64,000 bases of DNA from assembly GCA_027051165.1 (NCBI GenBank), contig JALTZZ010000011.1, forward strand, positions 5,556-69,555, in the 5' to 3' direction. Below the pieces are notes generated by a model, which saw nothing but the letters and a program-made list of their open reading frames with translations, had not been told where the DNA came from and searched no databases. Positions within the stretch are counted from its first letter, which is position 1. The number at the start of each line of letters is the position of its first letter. Below, piece by piece: positions 7,657 to 17,076 of this stretch. This stretch comes from an archaeon (GTDB taxonomy: Archaea > Hydrothermarchaeota > Hydrothermarchaeia > JALTZZ01). Made by a program: the position numbers and the translations under genes.

Positions 7657-10338
7657 TCACGCCTTATAAACCTTTACCTTTGTGTCGTTGAACGAGTTCA
7701 TTCCTGATATCATGTCTGGATGAAGCTCGAGAACCCAGTTTATAGCGGTGCCCTTCTTCGCATATTCTGGAAAGGCTCTCGCAAACCTTCCGTAGTGGTA
7801 GCTTACTGCAACCGTATCAGGTCTTATACCTTCTGTAAGCTTTGCAATCGCCTTTACTTTTCCAATCCTCGACTCTATCCAAACTTCATCGTTATCCTTT
7901 ATTTCGAGCTCCCTTGCGGTTTTAGTGTTTATTAGAACGTAGTTGTAGTTTGAGTCGTGCGCGACCTCTCTAAGCACTGGATAAAGTGCATCTTGGCTTG
8001 CTTGATTTCTATACATTCTTTTGTATGTTATAAGATAGAATGGATAGTCCTTAGCTTTTTTATGAGGGGTCGGGAAAGCATGCTCCTTTATCGGTATTGG
8101 TGAAAGCTTTATATCTAAGAGCCTATCCATGTTGTCTTCTTCATACCACTCTTTAAAAACTGCAGCTACTTTTGGATTCTTCTTTATAATTTCCTTAACC
8201 TTTTCCTTTGATACAACAAGATTTTCAGCGTAGAAATTCATCTTCGGCTTTCCTTTTCCTTTGAACTTCTTCTCAACACCGCTAAGATATCTTTTCTCGA
8301 CATTGAGCTTCTTTCCAACAAATGCATGCTTTATTGCATATTCAAATGGCTTTCCAGTCTTATCTTCCCATATAACCCTTACATAGTCCTTAGCTTTATA
8401 TTCTCTTCCTTTTTCAAACTTAACCTTTTTAAGACCCCACTTCTTGTTCAAGTTTTCTATATACTTCTCCATGAACCCGTTTCCAAGCCTCTTTGCAATC
8501 TCCCAAAGTATGTCCCAGTCCTGATACTTTAGGTTGTAGGGGTTTGCTACTGGCTGTCTTATAGCAGTGTGCTTTGTTCCGGGTGTCCACCTCGTTGGGC
8601 TGAAGTGCCAGCTCTCCAAGTAGCTCTTGTTTGGCAGAACTATGTCGCACATCTGTGCAACTTCGTCAAGGGCGATGCTTATAGAAACGTTGAACGTCTT
8701 CTTTAAACCTTCAAACTGCTTCTTTATGTCTGATGTTGACATAGGTCTGTTTGTTGCATAGAACATCTGCATTTCAGGCTTGTATTCTAAGCCGTATTTT
8801 TCCGGCTCAAGTGCTGTTAGCATTGGTTGCTGTGCAACGTTGTGTGTAGCGTGCGGGAAGAAAACGCTCTCAGCAAGATCAATCCTCTGTGGAGGATACT
8901 CGCACTTGCTTGGTCCCATATATTTAGGCTTCTTGTATACTCCGTGCAGTATTAAGCCGCCTACAGCATCTAAGCATCCTACGAGCATTTGAACGAGCAG
9001 AGCCGCTCTCCAGTTCTGAACGCCATACTCCTTCGCAGACAGTCCTCTGAAGCTGTGTATCGCTACTGGTCTGTATCTGAGCTCCTTTCCTTCGATGTTT
9101 ATTGTAGAGCCTATCCTTGCATTCTCTCCAAACTCTATCGCAATCTTTCTTATAGTTTCTGCTGGAACACCAGTTATTTCCTCAGCTTCCTTTAGATCTA
9201 TCTCAAATACTTCTTCCTTCCATATCCTAAAAGCAGTTTTATACTTTTTGCCATCTACAGTTACCTCTGCATCAAGCTCTATTTCCTCAGCTTCATCGTA
9301 AGTAACTGCTCTGTTTTTCTTCTTGTCCCATACCAATGGAACCTTCTTAGCTTCCTTTCCAAAGCCTACCTTCTTCTTTAAGAACTTTCCATCCTCTCCA
9401 ACCAAAAAAGGCGCATTTGTATACGTTATGAGGAAGTCTTTATCAACATAGCCGTTTTCTATTAGAACTCTCGCCATCGCTAATAAGAATACAACATCAG
9501 TCCCCGGCTTTATTGGGATCCATTCATCAGCCTTTGCTCCTAAGTTGCTCAATCTCGGCTCTACAACGACGAGCTTCATTCCCCTCTCCATAGCATCTAA
9601 GCATGCATGATCGAGCCACCTTGCCCACTGCTCCGCTTCAAAGTAGTTAGCTCCCATGTTTATAAGGTAGTTGCAGTATTCTAAGTCCGGAAGAATTCCA
9701 TGGTATCCCCAGGTTATCTCATCTGCGATGTGCCTTGCTGCCTCACATGTTGTAGTTCTATGAACGTTGTTTGGCGAACCCACAGCCTTTAGAAAAGCCT
9801 TTGTTACCTTATCCCCCATTAAATACTTTCCATGCCCCCACTGGAAAACAAACTTCCTTGGATCTTCTTCCATTATTTTCTTTAATCTTTTTGCTATTTC
9901 ATCAAAAGCTTCTTCCCAGCTTATTTCAACAAACTTTGGATCAGCATCTGGACTTTTGTCCGGATTCGTTCTCTTTAGAGGTGCCTTTATTCTGTATGGG
10001 TTATACATGTCAAATATTCCGCTTAGACCTTTTGGACAGTTGCCCCAGTTGAAGTATTCGGCTCTATTCTCATCTGGATATATTGCTCTTGCAACTCCAT
10101 CCACAACCTTAACCTTTATTCCGCAGAAGTTTACGCAAACGCAGCATGTTGTTGGAATATACCTCTCTCCTTTTAGGCTCTGCTCAAGTGCATATGCTAA
10201 ACCACTCGATTTTTCCGCTTCAGCTTTTATCTTAGCTAAATTTGCCAGAGAATTTCCCAAAGCAGCAAATGCAAGAAGTGCACCAGTTTTCTTTAGAAAC
10301 TCCCTTCGATTCATTAAAATACCATCTTTCATGCACAT
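7657..10338 (-). CDS. Tat-exported molybdopterin oxidoreductase catalytic subunit (DMSO reductase family; Psr/Phs/Ttr/Arr-type)
   Basis: Twin-arginine NRREFLKK with an A-rich h-region; CCVCVNFCG...C (C-x2-C-x3-C-x28-C) FeS motif; 893 aa. Probable true start at 10332 or 10314. Confidence 0.85.
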   Translation of the reverse strand: MCMKDGILMNRREFLKKTGALLAFAALGNSLANLAKIKAEAEKSSGLAYALEQSLKGERYIPTTCCVCVNFCGIKVKVVDGVARAIYPDENRAEYFNWGNCPKGLSGIFDMYNPYRIKAPLKRTNPDKSPDADPKFVEISWEEAFDEIAKRLKKIMEEDPRKFVFQWGHGKYLMGDKVTKAFLKAVGSPNNVHRTTTCEAARHIADEITWGYHGILPDLEYCNYLINMGANYFEAEQWARWLDHACLDAMERGMKLVVVEPRLSNLGAKADEWIPIKPGTDVVFLLAMARVLIENGYVDKDFLITYTNAPFLVGEDGKFLKKKVGFGKEAKKVPLVWDKKKNRAVTYDEAEEIELDAEVTVDGKKYKTAFRIWKEEVFEIDLKEAEEITGVPAETIRKIAIEFGENARIGSTINIEGKELRYRPVAIHSFRGLSAKEYGVQNWRAALLVQMLVGCLDAVGGLILHGVYKKPKYMGPSKCEYPPQRIDLAESVFFPHATHNVAQQPMLTALEPEKYGLEYKPEMQMFYATNRPMSTSDIKKQFEGLKKTFNVSISIALDEVAQMCDIVLPNKSYLESWHFSPTRWTPGTKHTAIRQPVANPYNLKYQDWDILWEIAKRLGNGFMEKYIENLNKKWGLKKVKFEKGREYKAKDYVRVIWEDKTGKPFEYAIKHAFVGKKLNVEKRYLSGVEKKFKGKGKPKMNFYAENLVVSKEKVKEIIKKNPKVAAVFKEWYEEDNMDRLLDIKLSPIPIKEHAFPTPHKKAKDYPFYLITYKRMYRNQASQDALYPVLREVAHDSNYNYVLINTKTARELEIKDNDEVWIESRIGKVKAIAKLTEGIRPDTVAVSYHYGRFARAFPEYAKKGTAINWVLELHPDMISGMNSFNDTKVKVYKA

Positions 10339-10960
10339 GCCCCCTTCAACAAGTGTTTATATGAAGAAACATATATATAAAATTTACTCTAAAACATGTT
10401 GAGAAATCATTATTATGACACAAACATGCACATAGATATTGTGTCAGCTTGTAGAGCAGCGAGCTGGAAAAATTTTAACTACCATTAAGTTATAGGCAAC
10501 GAAGAAATCATTTTAAAAGCCGTTGAAATCATCAACGATTTTGCTTCGCGATTGCCTAAAATATTTGTGATGGACAGATGTTTAGAGATGGAACTGTTGC
10601 ATTTTTCTGTTCTTTCTCGAGCAATTAACTTCTTCTGCACATGCTGTGAAAGCATGATCAAGCTCGTAGCCTCTCGCTATGTATTCCCTTTTAATCCTCT
10701 TATCACAATCTTTGGAGATGTCTTCAGCTTTCTTCCCTTCTTCTGCTCAAATCTTATTGTGATCCTCTGCGATCCTTTCGCTTCTTCAAATGCGAAAGTT
10801 ATTTATCCTATTAAGCTATACCTGCCAGCAGCTCAGTATATACTGGTCTTCTCTGCCCGTATATTTGTTCATAGTTGTTCCATCTTTCACGTGCATGTTC
10901 TTTCAACAATCGTTCATATGAACAAAGTTTATATATAAAACCTACTAAAAACATATATGT

Positions 10961-11653
10961 ATGGAAGTTGATATTCAAGAAGAACTTAACAAAGAAATAA
11001 TCAAAAATTATAGCAGCAACTGCAAGAAGGTGCTAATAGTGGATTACGATGGAGATTTAAAAAACAAACTAAAAAAGAAGCTTTCTTCTTATGGATTTAT
11101 CGTGAAAACCGTAGAAAACGGTGAGGAGGCTCTAAAAATAATAAAAAACGAAGATTTTGATCTTATAGTGGCAAATGAAATCTTACCAGTAGTTAACGGG
11201 ATTGAACTCCTTAGAACCATTAGAAAGATGAGCTTGCGAACAAAATTTATAGTTTTAGCCGAGTATCCAACAGTAGAAAGTGCTGTAGAAGCTATGAAAC
11301 TCGGTGCAAGCGAGTATATACCGAAACATGTAAAAATAAATGAAATTTTTTCAAAAATATTAAAAACGCTTGAAGAAGTTGAATTCAAAGAAATTTTTAT
11401 GAACGATCATTTAGTTAAATGCATGTTGAATCCAACAAGAAGATCCATTATATTATATCTCTTTAAAAACGACAGAGCAAAGTTTATAGATATTATGCAT
11501 GCTGTTAATATAGAAAATTCAGCAAAATTAAGTTTTCATATAAATTACCTAAAAAAACACGATGTAATTAAAAGAGATAAAGAAAACTCCTATTATCTAA
11601 CAAAAAAAGGAAAAATCATGGCAAATATTATCCTATCTTACCTCATACCATAA
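10961..11653 (+). CDS. Receiver-like domain fused to ArsR-like wHTH; phospho-acceptor Asp replaced by Asn (pseudo-receiver)
   Basis: DFDLIVANEILPVVNG where the canonical D of the receiver is N. C-terminal LNPTRRSIILYL...HINYLKKHDVIKR wHTH. Confidence 0.55.
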   Translation: MEVDIQEELNKEIIKNYSSNCKKVLIVDYDGDLKNKLKKKLSSYGFIVKTVENGEEALKIIKNEDFDLIVANEILPVVNGIELLRTIRKMSLRTKFIVLAEYPTVESAVEAMKLGASEYIPKHVKINEIFSKILKTLEEVEFKEIFMNDHLVKCMLNPTRRSIILYLFKNDRAKFIDIMHAVNIENSAKLSFHINYLKKHDVIKRDKENSYYLTKKGKIMANIILSYLIP

Positions 11654-11699
11654 AGTGATGTCTCTTAAGTTTTTATAGACATAAAACCTCATTATAATT

Positions 11700-12557
11700 A
11701 TGTATGGTATTCCAGTAATGACCAAAATAAGAAATAAGAGTCTTACGTTTATCATTCTTATTATAATACTCCTTCTATCTTATAATGTCCTAAAGCTTGG
11801 GTTTAAGGAATTAAAATTTGTGGATGGAAAAATAGCGTTTCAATGGGACATACACTACGGTCTTCTCGAAACTTACACTCACCTCTACTCTGGGACTTTT
11901 CACATTATTGCAAGTATTATAGGAATATTCTTCTTTTACAGAAGTTTTAGGGGAGCTAAATACATGTGGAATCTTATAATGCTAAGCTTTCTTACCCTTG
12001 GTCTTGTTGCTGCTGGAGAAGTCTTTGAGCACTACTTTTTAAACTACAAGGGATACAACTTCATGCACTATTTGCACATGTTAAATGCACCTTTAGGAAT
12101 GTTCTTTATCTACATGGCTATAAGGGAGTTTTATGAGGGAAAAAGAATATTTCATCCGAATTTAGGATTGTTCATCGTAATACTAACTTTTTTAGTGTCT
12201 TACATTCTTGCAGAAAATTCAAAATATATATACGACATTCGTATAGAAAAGCCGATTGTATATTTAACACTACCCCCAACGATAGTTTTTACAATACTCT
12301 TGCTATTTATAGAAGCTAAAAAAATATTTAGGGAATATGGGCTGCTCGTTATGAACATATCTGCACTTGCACTCTCCCATTCCCTTCTTGCAATCTTCAT
12401 CGTTTTTGGAAGGTATGCACATATACATCACGATGCTTGGCTGTATGTAGTAACGCATTCAATACAAAACATACTTCATGTAGCATGCGGATGTGTTATA
12501 TTAACGTTTGCAGCATGTATAAAGATCGTTCACGAAAAATTTAGAAAAATTTGCTAA
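11700..12557 (+). CDS. His-rich polytopic membrane protein of unknown function
   Basis: Roughly 7 predicted TM segments and many His (HYGLLETYTHLYSGTFH, HYFLNYKGYNFMHYLHM, HIHHDAWLY). Confidence 0.35.
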   Translation: MYGIPVMTKIRNKSLTFIILIIILLLSYNVLKLGFKELKFVDGKIAFQWDIHYGLLETYTHLYSGTFHIIASIIGIFFFYRSFRGAKYMWNLIMLSFLTLGLVAAGEVFEHYFLNYKGYNFMHYLHMLNAPLGMFFIYMAIREFYEGKRIFHPNLGLFIVILTFLVSYILAENSKYIYDIRIEKPIVYLTLPPTIVFTILLLFIEAKKIFREYGLLVMNISALALSHSLLAIFIVFGRYAHIHHDAWLYVVTHSIQNILHVACGCVILTFAACIKIVHEKFRKIC

Positions 12558-12558
12558 A

Positions 12559-12999
12559 TTAACGGTTGTTTAATATCATTCTTATATCATCTACAAATCT
12601 CTTTGCAAATCTTTCACCAAACAGTATTGAGAACTCCCTTTCTATATTTTTAAGCCTCTCCTCAACATCTCTTGAAGCTGCAATGTTTTCCCTTATAATT
12701 TTTTCTTTTCCTATTTCTCCAAGAGACTCTTTAGCAATTTCCATTAAAAGATTTTCGATTTCAACAATTTTATCGTAGATCCTCCTATCTGTTAAGCTGT
12801 ATATTCTTTTTTGTCCCCTAACTTCGCTTTTAACTATGTTGTGTTCTCTGAGCTTCTTTAGATGATGCGAGACAAGAGACTGGTTGGAATTTAGAATCTC
12901 TGAAAGCTCACCAACACTCTTTTCCCCTGATCCAAGTATTTTTACTATCTCAAGTCTGTTCTTATCGCTCATCAGTTTGAAGAATGTATGAACATTCAT
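12559..12999 (-). CDS. ArsR-family HTH regulator with C-terminal coiled-coil extension
   Basis: NRLEIVKILGSGEKSVGELSEILNSNQSLVSHHLKKLREHNIV. Confidence 0.6.
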   Translation of the reverse strand: MNVHTFFKLMSDKNRLEIVKILGSGEKSVGELSEILNSNQSLVSHHLKKLREHNIVKSEVRGQKRIYSLTDRRIYDKIVEIENLLMEIAKESLGEIGKEKIIRENIAASRDVEERLKNIEREFSILFGERFAKRFVDDIRMILNNR

Positions 13000-13259
13000 A
13001 TAAATAGCTATAAAGATTTAACTATTAAAAGAATATAGTAAAGCGAACTACTTTTAGTGAATGTGGGAGCTTTCGTGGAATTTGACCCATTTACAGTGCA
13101 ACACCTTACAATGCCTTTGCTCTTGCTCACTGGACGACGACAAACCACCCTTAAGGTTGTTAAAACAGAGCTTAAACTCCGCTATAGCTAAACTATCATA
13201 TTTGCCAGCGTTAACGTTAGGCGGAGATTTTCACCAAGCTCTTTCTTTCGCAAAGAGTC

Positions 13260-14270
13260 TTATAAAGATAGATAATTTTCGAAAATTAAGGAATAAATAT
13301 AAGCTGAGAAAGATGAGAAGAAGATTACAAGAAAAATGTATGTCAAGGAGATCTTAATGCCAGCAATTCTTGATATTGCTATGAAGTTTGGAAGACTAAC
13401 TGCAGGACCGGCTAAGAGAAGTGCAACTGCAGCACTTTTACTCATTCCAAGATCTATTAAAGATTCTGTTATGGGAACCTCCGTTAGCGTTGCAAAGTAG
13501 AAAAGAGCACCTAAAGAACCTGCTATAAGATAGCTAATAAAGTTTTCTTTCCCCAAAAATTCTTTTATAATTTCTTCTGAAGCAAAAGCCTTTATAACTC
13601 CTGCAAAAAATATTCCTATCAGTATTAGGGGGAAAATCATCCTAAAAAGGATATACGTTTCTCTTATCCAGTATATCGTTTCATCTCTTTCAAACTTCTT
13701 AAACAAAAATAAAAATATAAGGGCTAAGATTGCAAGGGAGTAGATACCCTTACCAAATATTAAAAGAAGGAAGAGAAGAAAAATTAAATAAAGATGTTTC
13801 CTCTCATAAACCTTTCCAGAAGCAGCATGGATAAATTCTCCTTTACTTTTAAAGAAAATAGATATTAAAGCTCCTATAATTATTGACATAGTTACTGCAA
13901 AGAATGCCCTGAAAAATCCTATATCTAACCCTATAACTCTTGCTGTATAAACTATTGCTAATATATTTATTGCGGGTGCTGAATATAGAAATGTAAACAA
14001 CGGGCCTATTTTTGCACCTACCCTATAGAGACCTGCAAAAAGTGGTATTACCGTGCAAGAGCAAACTGCTAAAACGGTTCCAGCTGATGCTGAGAATACA
14101 TAAGAAACATATTTTCTCCCAAAATATTTTAGCAAAACCTCTTTCCTGAAAAAAGCAGAAATTGCACCAGCAATAAAGAAAGCTGGTAGAAGGCATGTTA
14201 GAACGTGAAAAGATAAATATTCTTTGAGAGCTTCATATCCGCTTATTAAAACCTTCTCTAAAATATTCAT
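13260..14270 (-). CDS. Permease (two-cysteine predicted-permease family often found in ars operons)
   Basis: 336 aa, about 8 TM, VCSCTVIP motif. Confidence 0.45.
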   Translation of the reverse strand: MNILEKVLISGYEALKEYLSFHVLTCLLPAFFIAGAISAFFRKEVLLKYFGRKYVSYVFSASAGTVLAVCSCTVIPLFAGLYRVGAKIGPLFTFLYSAPAINILAIVYTARVIGLDIGFFRAFFAVTMSIIIGALISIFFKSKGEFIHAASGKVYERKHLYLIFLLFLLLIFGKGIYSLAILALIFLFLFKKFERDETIYWIRETYILFRMIFPLILIGIFFAGVIKAFASEEIIKEFLGKENFISYLIAGSLGALFYFATLTEVPITESLIDLGMSKSAAVALLLAGPAVSLPNFIAISRIAGIKISLTYIFLVIFFSSFSAYIYSLIFENYLSL

Positions 14271-15328
14271 ACAGCAATCACCCTTCTATTTTGAAGAAAC
14301 ATAGAAACATTTACAAGGCTTAAAAGTATGGGAACTTCAAGCAGCGGTCCTATAACAGTTGCAAAGGCTTGCATGCTGTTTATACCAAACATTCCTATAG
14401 CCACAGCAATTGCAAGCTCAAAGTCGTTGCTTGCCGCAGAGAATGCTAAGGCTGTCGCCTTTTCATGATCCGTCCTTATTATATTTGTTGCAACGAAATA
14501 AGTTATAAACCACATGATGAAGAAATAAGCAGTTAGAGGAACAGCAATTCTAAAAACATGGTATGGAAGCTCTACGATATTCCCACCTTTTAAAGAAAAC
14601 ATTATGAATATTGTGTAAAGTAACGCTACAGGTGTTATAATACTTATCCTTCTTGAAAATTCATTCTCATACCAAAAATCTCCTTTTTTTGATCTAAGAA
14701 TTTTTCTTGTTAAGAATCCAGCAATAAATGGTATTCCAAGGAATATAAAAACTGTTTTTGCAACCTCGTATATTGAGATATCAATGTAAACACTTCTAAA
14801 TATTTCAAGCTTGCTTGGAATAACGTTTAGGAAAATATAGATGTAGAAACTGTATGTTAAGATTTGAAATATGGCATTTAAGGCTACGAGACCAACTGCA
14901 AGCTCTCTATCTCCTCTTGCAAGGTCGTTCCACACAATTACCATAGCTATACATCTTGCAAGCCCAACCATGATTACACCCATAGCATATTCAGGATAAT
15001 CCCTTAGAAGCAAAGCTGCAAGGAAAAACATTAAAAAAGGACCAAATATCCAGTTTTGGAACATTGAAAATAAGAGAATCTTCTTGTTAAATAAAACGCT
15101 TCCTATTTTCTCATATTTAACCTTTGCAAGTGGAGGATACATCATAAGTATTAAACCGAGAGCTATGGGCAGTGAAGTTGTTCCTATGCTTAAAGAGCTT
15201 AGGAATTTTGAAAAGCTGGGAAAAGAATATCCAACAAATATTCCTAAAGCCATTGCACTAAAAATTTCAAGAGTGAGATACTTTTCAAACAATCTTAGTT
15301 TTGACAAAATTCTCCACCTCTCTTTCAA
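14267..15328 (-). CDS. ACR3-family arsenite efflux transporter (bile acid:Na+ symporter superfamily)
   Basis: 353 aa, about 10 TM, VIGPLLEVPILL segment typical of ACR3; adjacent to ArsR/ArsD-like genes. Confidence 0.55.
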   Translation of the reverse strand: MKERWRILSKLRLFEKYLTLEIFSAMALGIFVGYSFPSFSKFLSSLSIGTTSLPIALGLILMMYPPLAKVKYEKIGSVLFNKKILLFSMFQNWIFGPFLMFFLAALLLRDYPEYAMGVIMVGLARCIAMVIVWNDLARGDRELAVGLVALNAIFQILTYSFYIYIFLNVIPSKLEIFRSVYIDISIYEVAKTVFIFLGIPFIAGFLTRKILRSKKGDFWYENEFSRRISIITPVALLYTIFIMFSLKGGNIVELPYHVFRIAVPLTAYFFIMWFITYFVATNIIRTDHEKATALAFSAASNDFELAIAVAIGMFGINSMQAFATVIGPLLEVPILLSLVNVSMFLQNRRVIAV

Positions 15329-15584
15329 CAGCCTTTAAAACTTGATCGTATGTAGAAAATCCTTCTAAAATGATTTTATCGTTTAAAACAACGGTATTTA
15401 CCATTGTTACACCTAAGTCGAAGGCTCTTTTTGTGTTTACCTGCATTATAAACCAATCAACCTCAACGTTATACTTTTCCTCTATATACTTGCAAATTTT
15501 TTCAAGGCTTTTTCTTAAAAGCTCGTAGCTGCAAGAGCAAGAGGCAGGTTCAACGAAAACCTCTAAATAAACTCTTTTATCCAT
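15285..15584 (-). CDS. ArsD-like arsenic metallochaperone homolog
   Basis: VFVEPASCSCSYELL resembles the ArsD N-terminus FDPAMCCSTGVCG (vicinal cysteines in a thioredoxin-like fold). Confidence 0.45.
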   Translation of the reverse strand: MDKRVYLEVFVEPASCSCSYELLRKSLEKICKYIEEKYNVEVDWFIMQVNTKRAFDLGVTMVNTVVLNDKIILEGFSTYDQVLKAVEREVENFVKTKIV

Positions 15585-15829
15585 TTTTCTACTTCCTCCT
15601 CCCTTGGAACCCTGCCGCTTGTGACAACCTTTTCGTTTATAACAATTCCAGGTGTCATCATAACTCCATATTTTGCTATTTCGCTTATATCTTTTACCAT
15701 CTCAATTTTTGCATTTAATTTAAGCTTATTAACAACCTTCTCAACAATCTTCTTTGTCATGTTGCACTTTGGACAGCCTGTGCCAAGAACCTTTATCACG
15801 ATCATGTTTATACTTGAAATTTTTATCAA
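15563..15829 (-). CDS. Thioredoxin-fold redox-active disulfide protein (CPKC)
   Basis: GTGCPKCN active site; 88 aa. Confidence 0.6.
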   Translation of the reverse strand: MIKISSINMIVIKVLGTGCPKCNMTKKIVEKVVNKLKLNAKIEMVKDISEIAKYGVMMTPGIVINEKVVTSGRVPREEEVEKWIKEFI

Positions 15830-15859
15830 CTGAAATTTTTTTCAAATGTTATTTTTTTA

Positions 15860-16192
15860 ATGCTTTATGTGGAGTGCAGATTGATAGTGTTAGATGTTGA
15901 TGAAGAGGTGTTTGAAGAGAAGTGCAAAATTGTTAAGCTCTTAGCTAATCCTATAAGGCTAAAAATGGCTTATATAATGTCAAAAAGAGAAGTATGTAAC
16001 TGCGAGCTTGAAAAGCTTTTTAAAGTTGATCCAACGCTCATATCTCACCATTTAAAAAGATTTAAAGAAGCTGGTGTTTTAAAAGAGAGAAGAGAAGGTA
16101 AATGGAGAAAGTATAGAATAGATGATGAAAAAGTTAAAAAAATAATCGAAGTTTTATTTGAAGAAAATACTTCAGGAAGATTTAAACTATAA
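15860..16192 (+). CDS. arsR: ArsR/SmtB-family metalloid-responsive repressor
   Basis: EVCNCEL resembles the As(III)-binding ELCVCDL motif, followed by HTH LISHHLKRFKEAGVL. Confidence 0.7.
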   Translation: MLYVECRLIVLDVDEEVFEEKCKIVKLLANPIRLKMAYIMSKREVCNCELEKLFKVDPTLISHHLKRFKEAGVLKERREGKWRKYRIDDEKVKKIIEVLFEENTSGRFKL

Positions 16193-16202
16193 ACAACCAA
16201 CA

Positions 16203-16958
16203 TTACTTTGACGAAATGGAGACCAAAATTCCACTTACAGAATGAACTTGAACATCTTTAAATCCTACTTTCTCAAGTATCTCTCTGAATTCATCTTTTG
16301 TCATCCCAGGATGTTCCTTGAAACCCATTATCTCTACAAAGTATTTTTCGGCCCATATATTATCTGTTCTTTCAATTTCTAAGGCAACAAGAGTCCCGCC
16401 CTTCCTTAGAGCTTTTTTAAGTCGTGAAAGATAATAGATTGTGCTTGTCTCTTTCCGTTCCATTATAGTACCCACTCCTATCATAGAAATTATCTTGTCG
16501 TAAAAATTTTGCTTCAGGTTTTTTAGATCAAACTGGTAAGTTACATTAGCATCTTTCAACCATTCTTTTGTCAGTTTTGCATCTAAGGTGCAGAGGATCT
16601 TTTCACCCTTTTTGATACTAATATATCTATTTATCACATTAATGAAACGCTTTATGTAAGCGCTCCAATCACAGCAAGTAAGTTTTGTCCAGCTGGAGAG
16701 TAGCCGGCTAAGTTCCTGCACACCTTTCGGTGTTATCTTGTAAATCTTTTTCTTAGCAGCTTCCGTTCTAACGATCTCGTGGAATATAAGTCCTTTCCTC
16801 TCTAAGGAGTGAAGTGTTGGATATATGGTTCCTGGACTCTTTATATTAAGTTTTTTCATGAGTTCTACACCGCACATAGGATTTTCTCTTAAAAGAAGCA
16901 TAATTTTTGCCTGCAAACTTCCCTTGATTTCTGTATCAGCAAATATCATATCGATCAC
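16203..16958 (-). CDS. wHTH (PadR/ArsR-like) fused to a small SAM-methyltransferase-like domain
   Basis: N-terminal GVELMKKLNIKSPGTIYPTLHSLERKGLI; C-terminal MIGVGT...GGTLVALEIE Rossmann-like. Confidence 0.4.
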   Translation of the reverse strand: MIDMIFADTEIKGSLQAKIMLLLRENPMCGVELMKKLNIKSPGTIYPTLHSLERKGLIFHEIVRTEAAKKKIYKITPKGVQELSRLLSSWTKLTCCDWSAYIKRFINVINRYISIKKGEKILCTLDAKLTKEWLKDANVTYQFDLKNLKQNFYDKIISMIGVGTIMERKETSTIYYLSRLKKALRKGGTLVALEIERTDNIWAEKYFVEIMGFKEHPGMTKDEFREILEKVGFKDVQVHSVSGILVSISSK

Positions 16959-17076
16959 CGATAAATTGGGTAAATTTTATATAGCATTTTATCGACAATA
17001 ACGATATCGGTAGTATCGATAATATTACGTTCAGAAAGAACGAGAAGCCAAGTAGCAAACAAAACAGGTGTAAACG

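Noticed and set aside
8326-10402. Multiple antisense ORFs (for example 9767..10402, 8989..9195) inside the molybdopterin oxidoreductase gene
   Set aside because: They lie opposite a long, well-supported CDS and have S/L/F-rich composition typical of antisense artefacts. The same applies to antisense ORFs within the ATPase genes (for example 38801..39373, 34882..35340, 33471..33908).
10552-10938. 128-aa plus-strand ORF in the 620-bp intergenic region
   Set aside because: Low-complexity hydrophobic translation, no start context. More likely non-coding leader or remnant.
16960-17076. Possible terminal repeats near 16960-17040 (ataaattgggtaaattttatatagcattttatcgacaataacgatatcggtagtatcgataatat)
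   Set aside because: Contains short inverted fragments (atcgat, cgatatcg), but no extended repeat matching any other site. Probably divergent promoter region.
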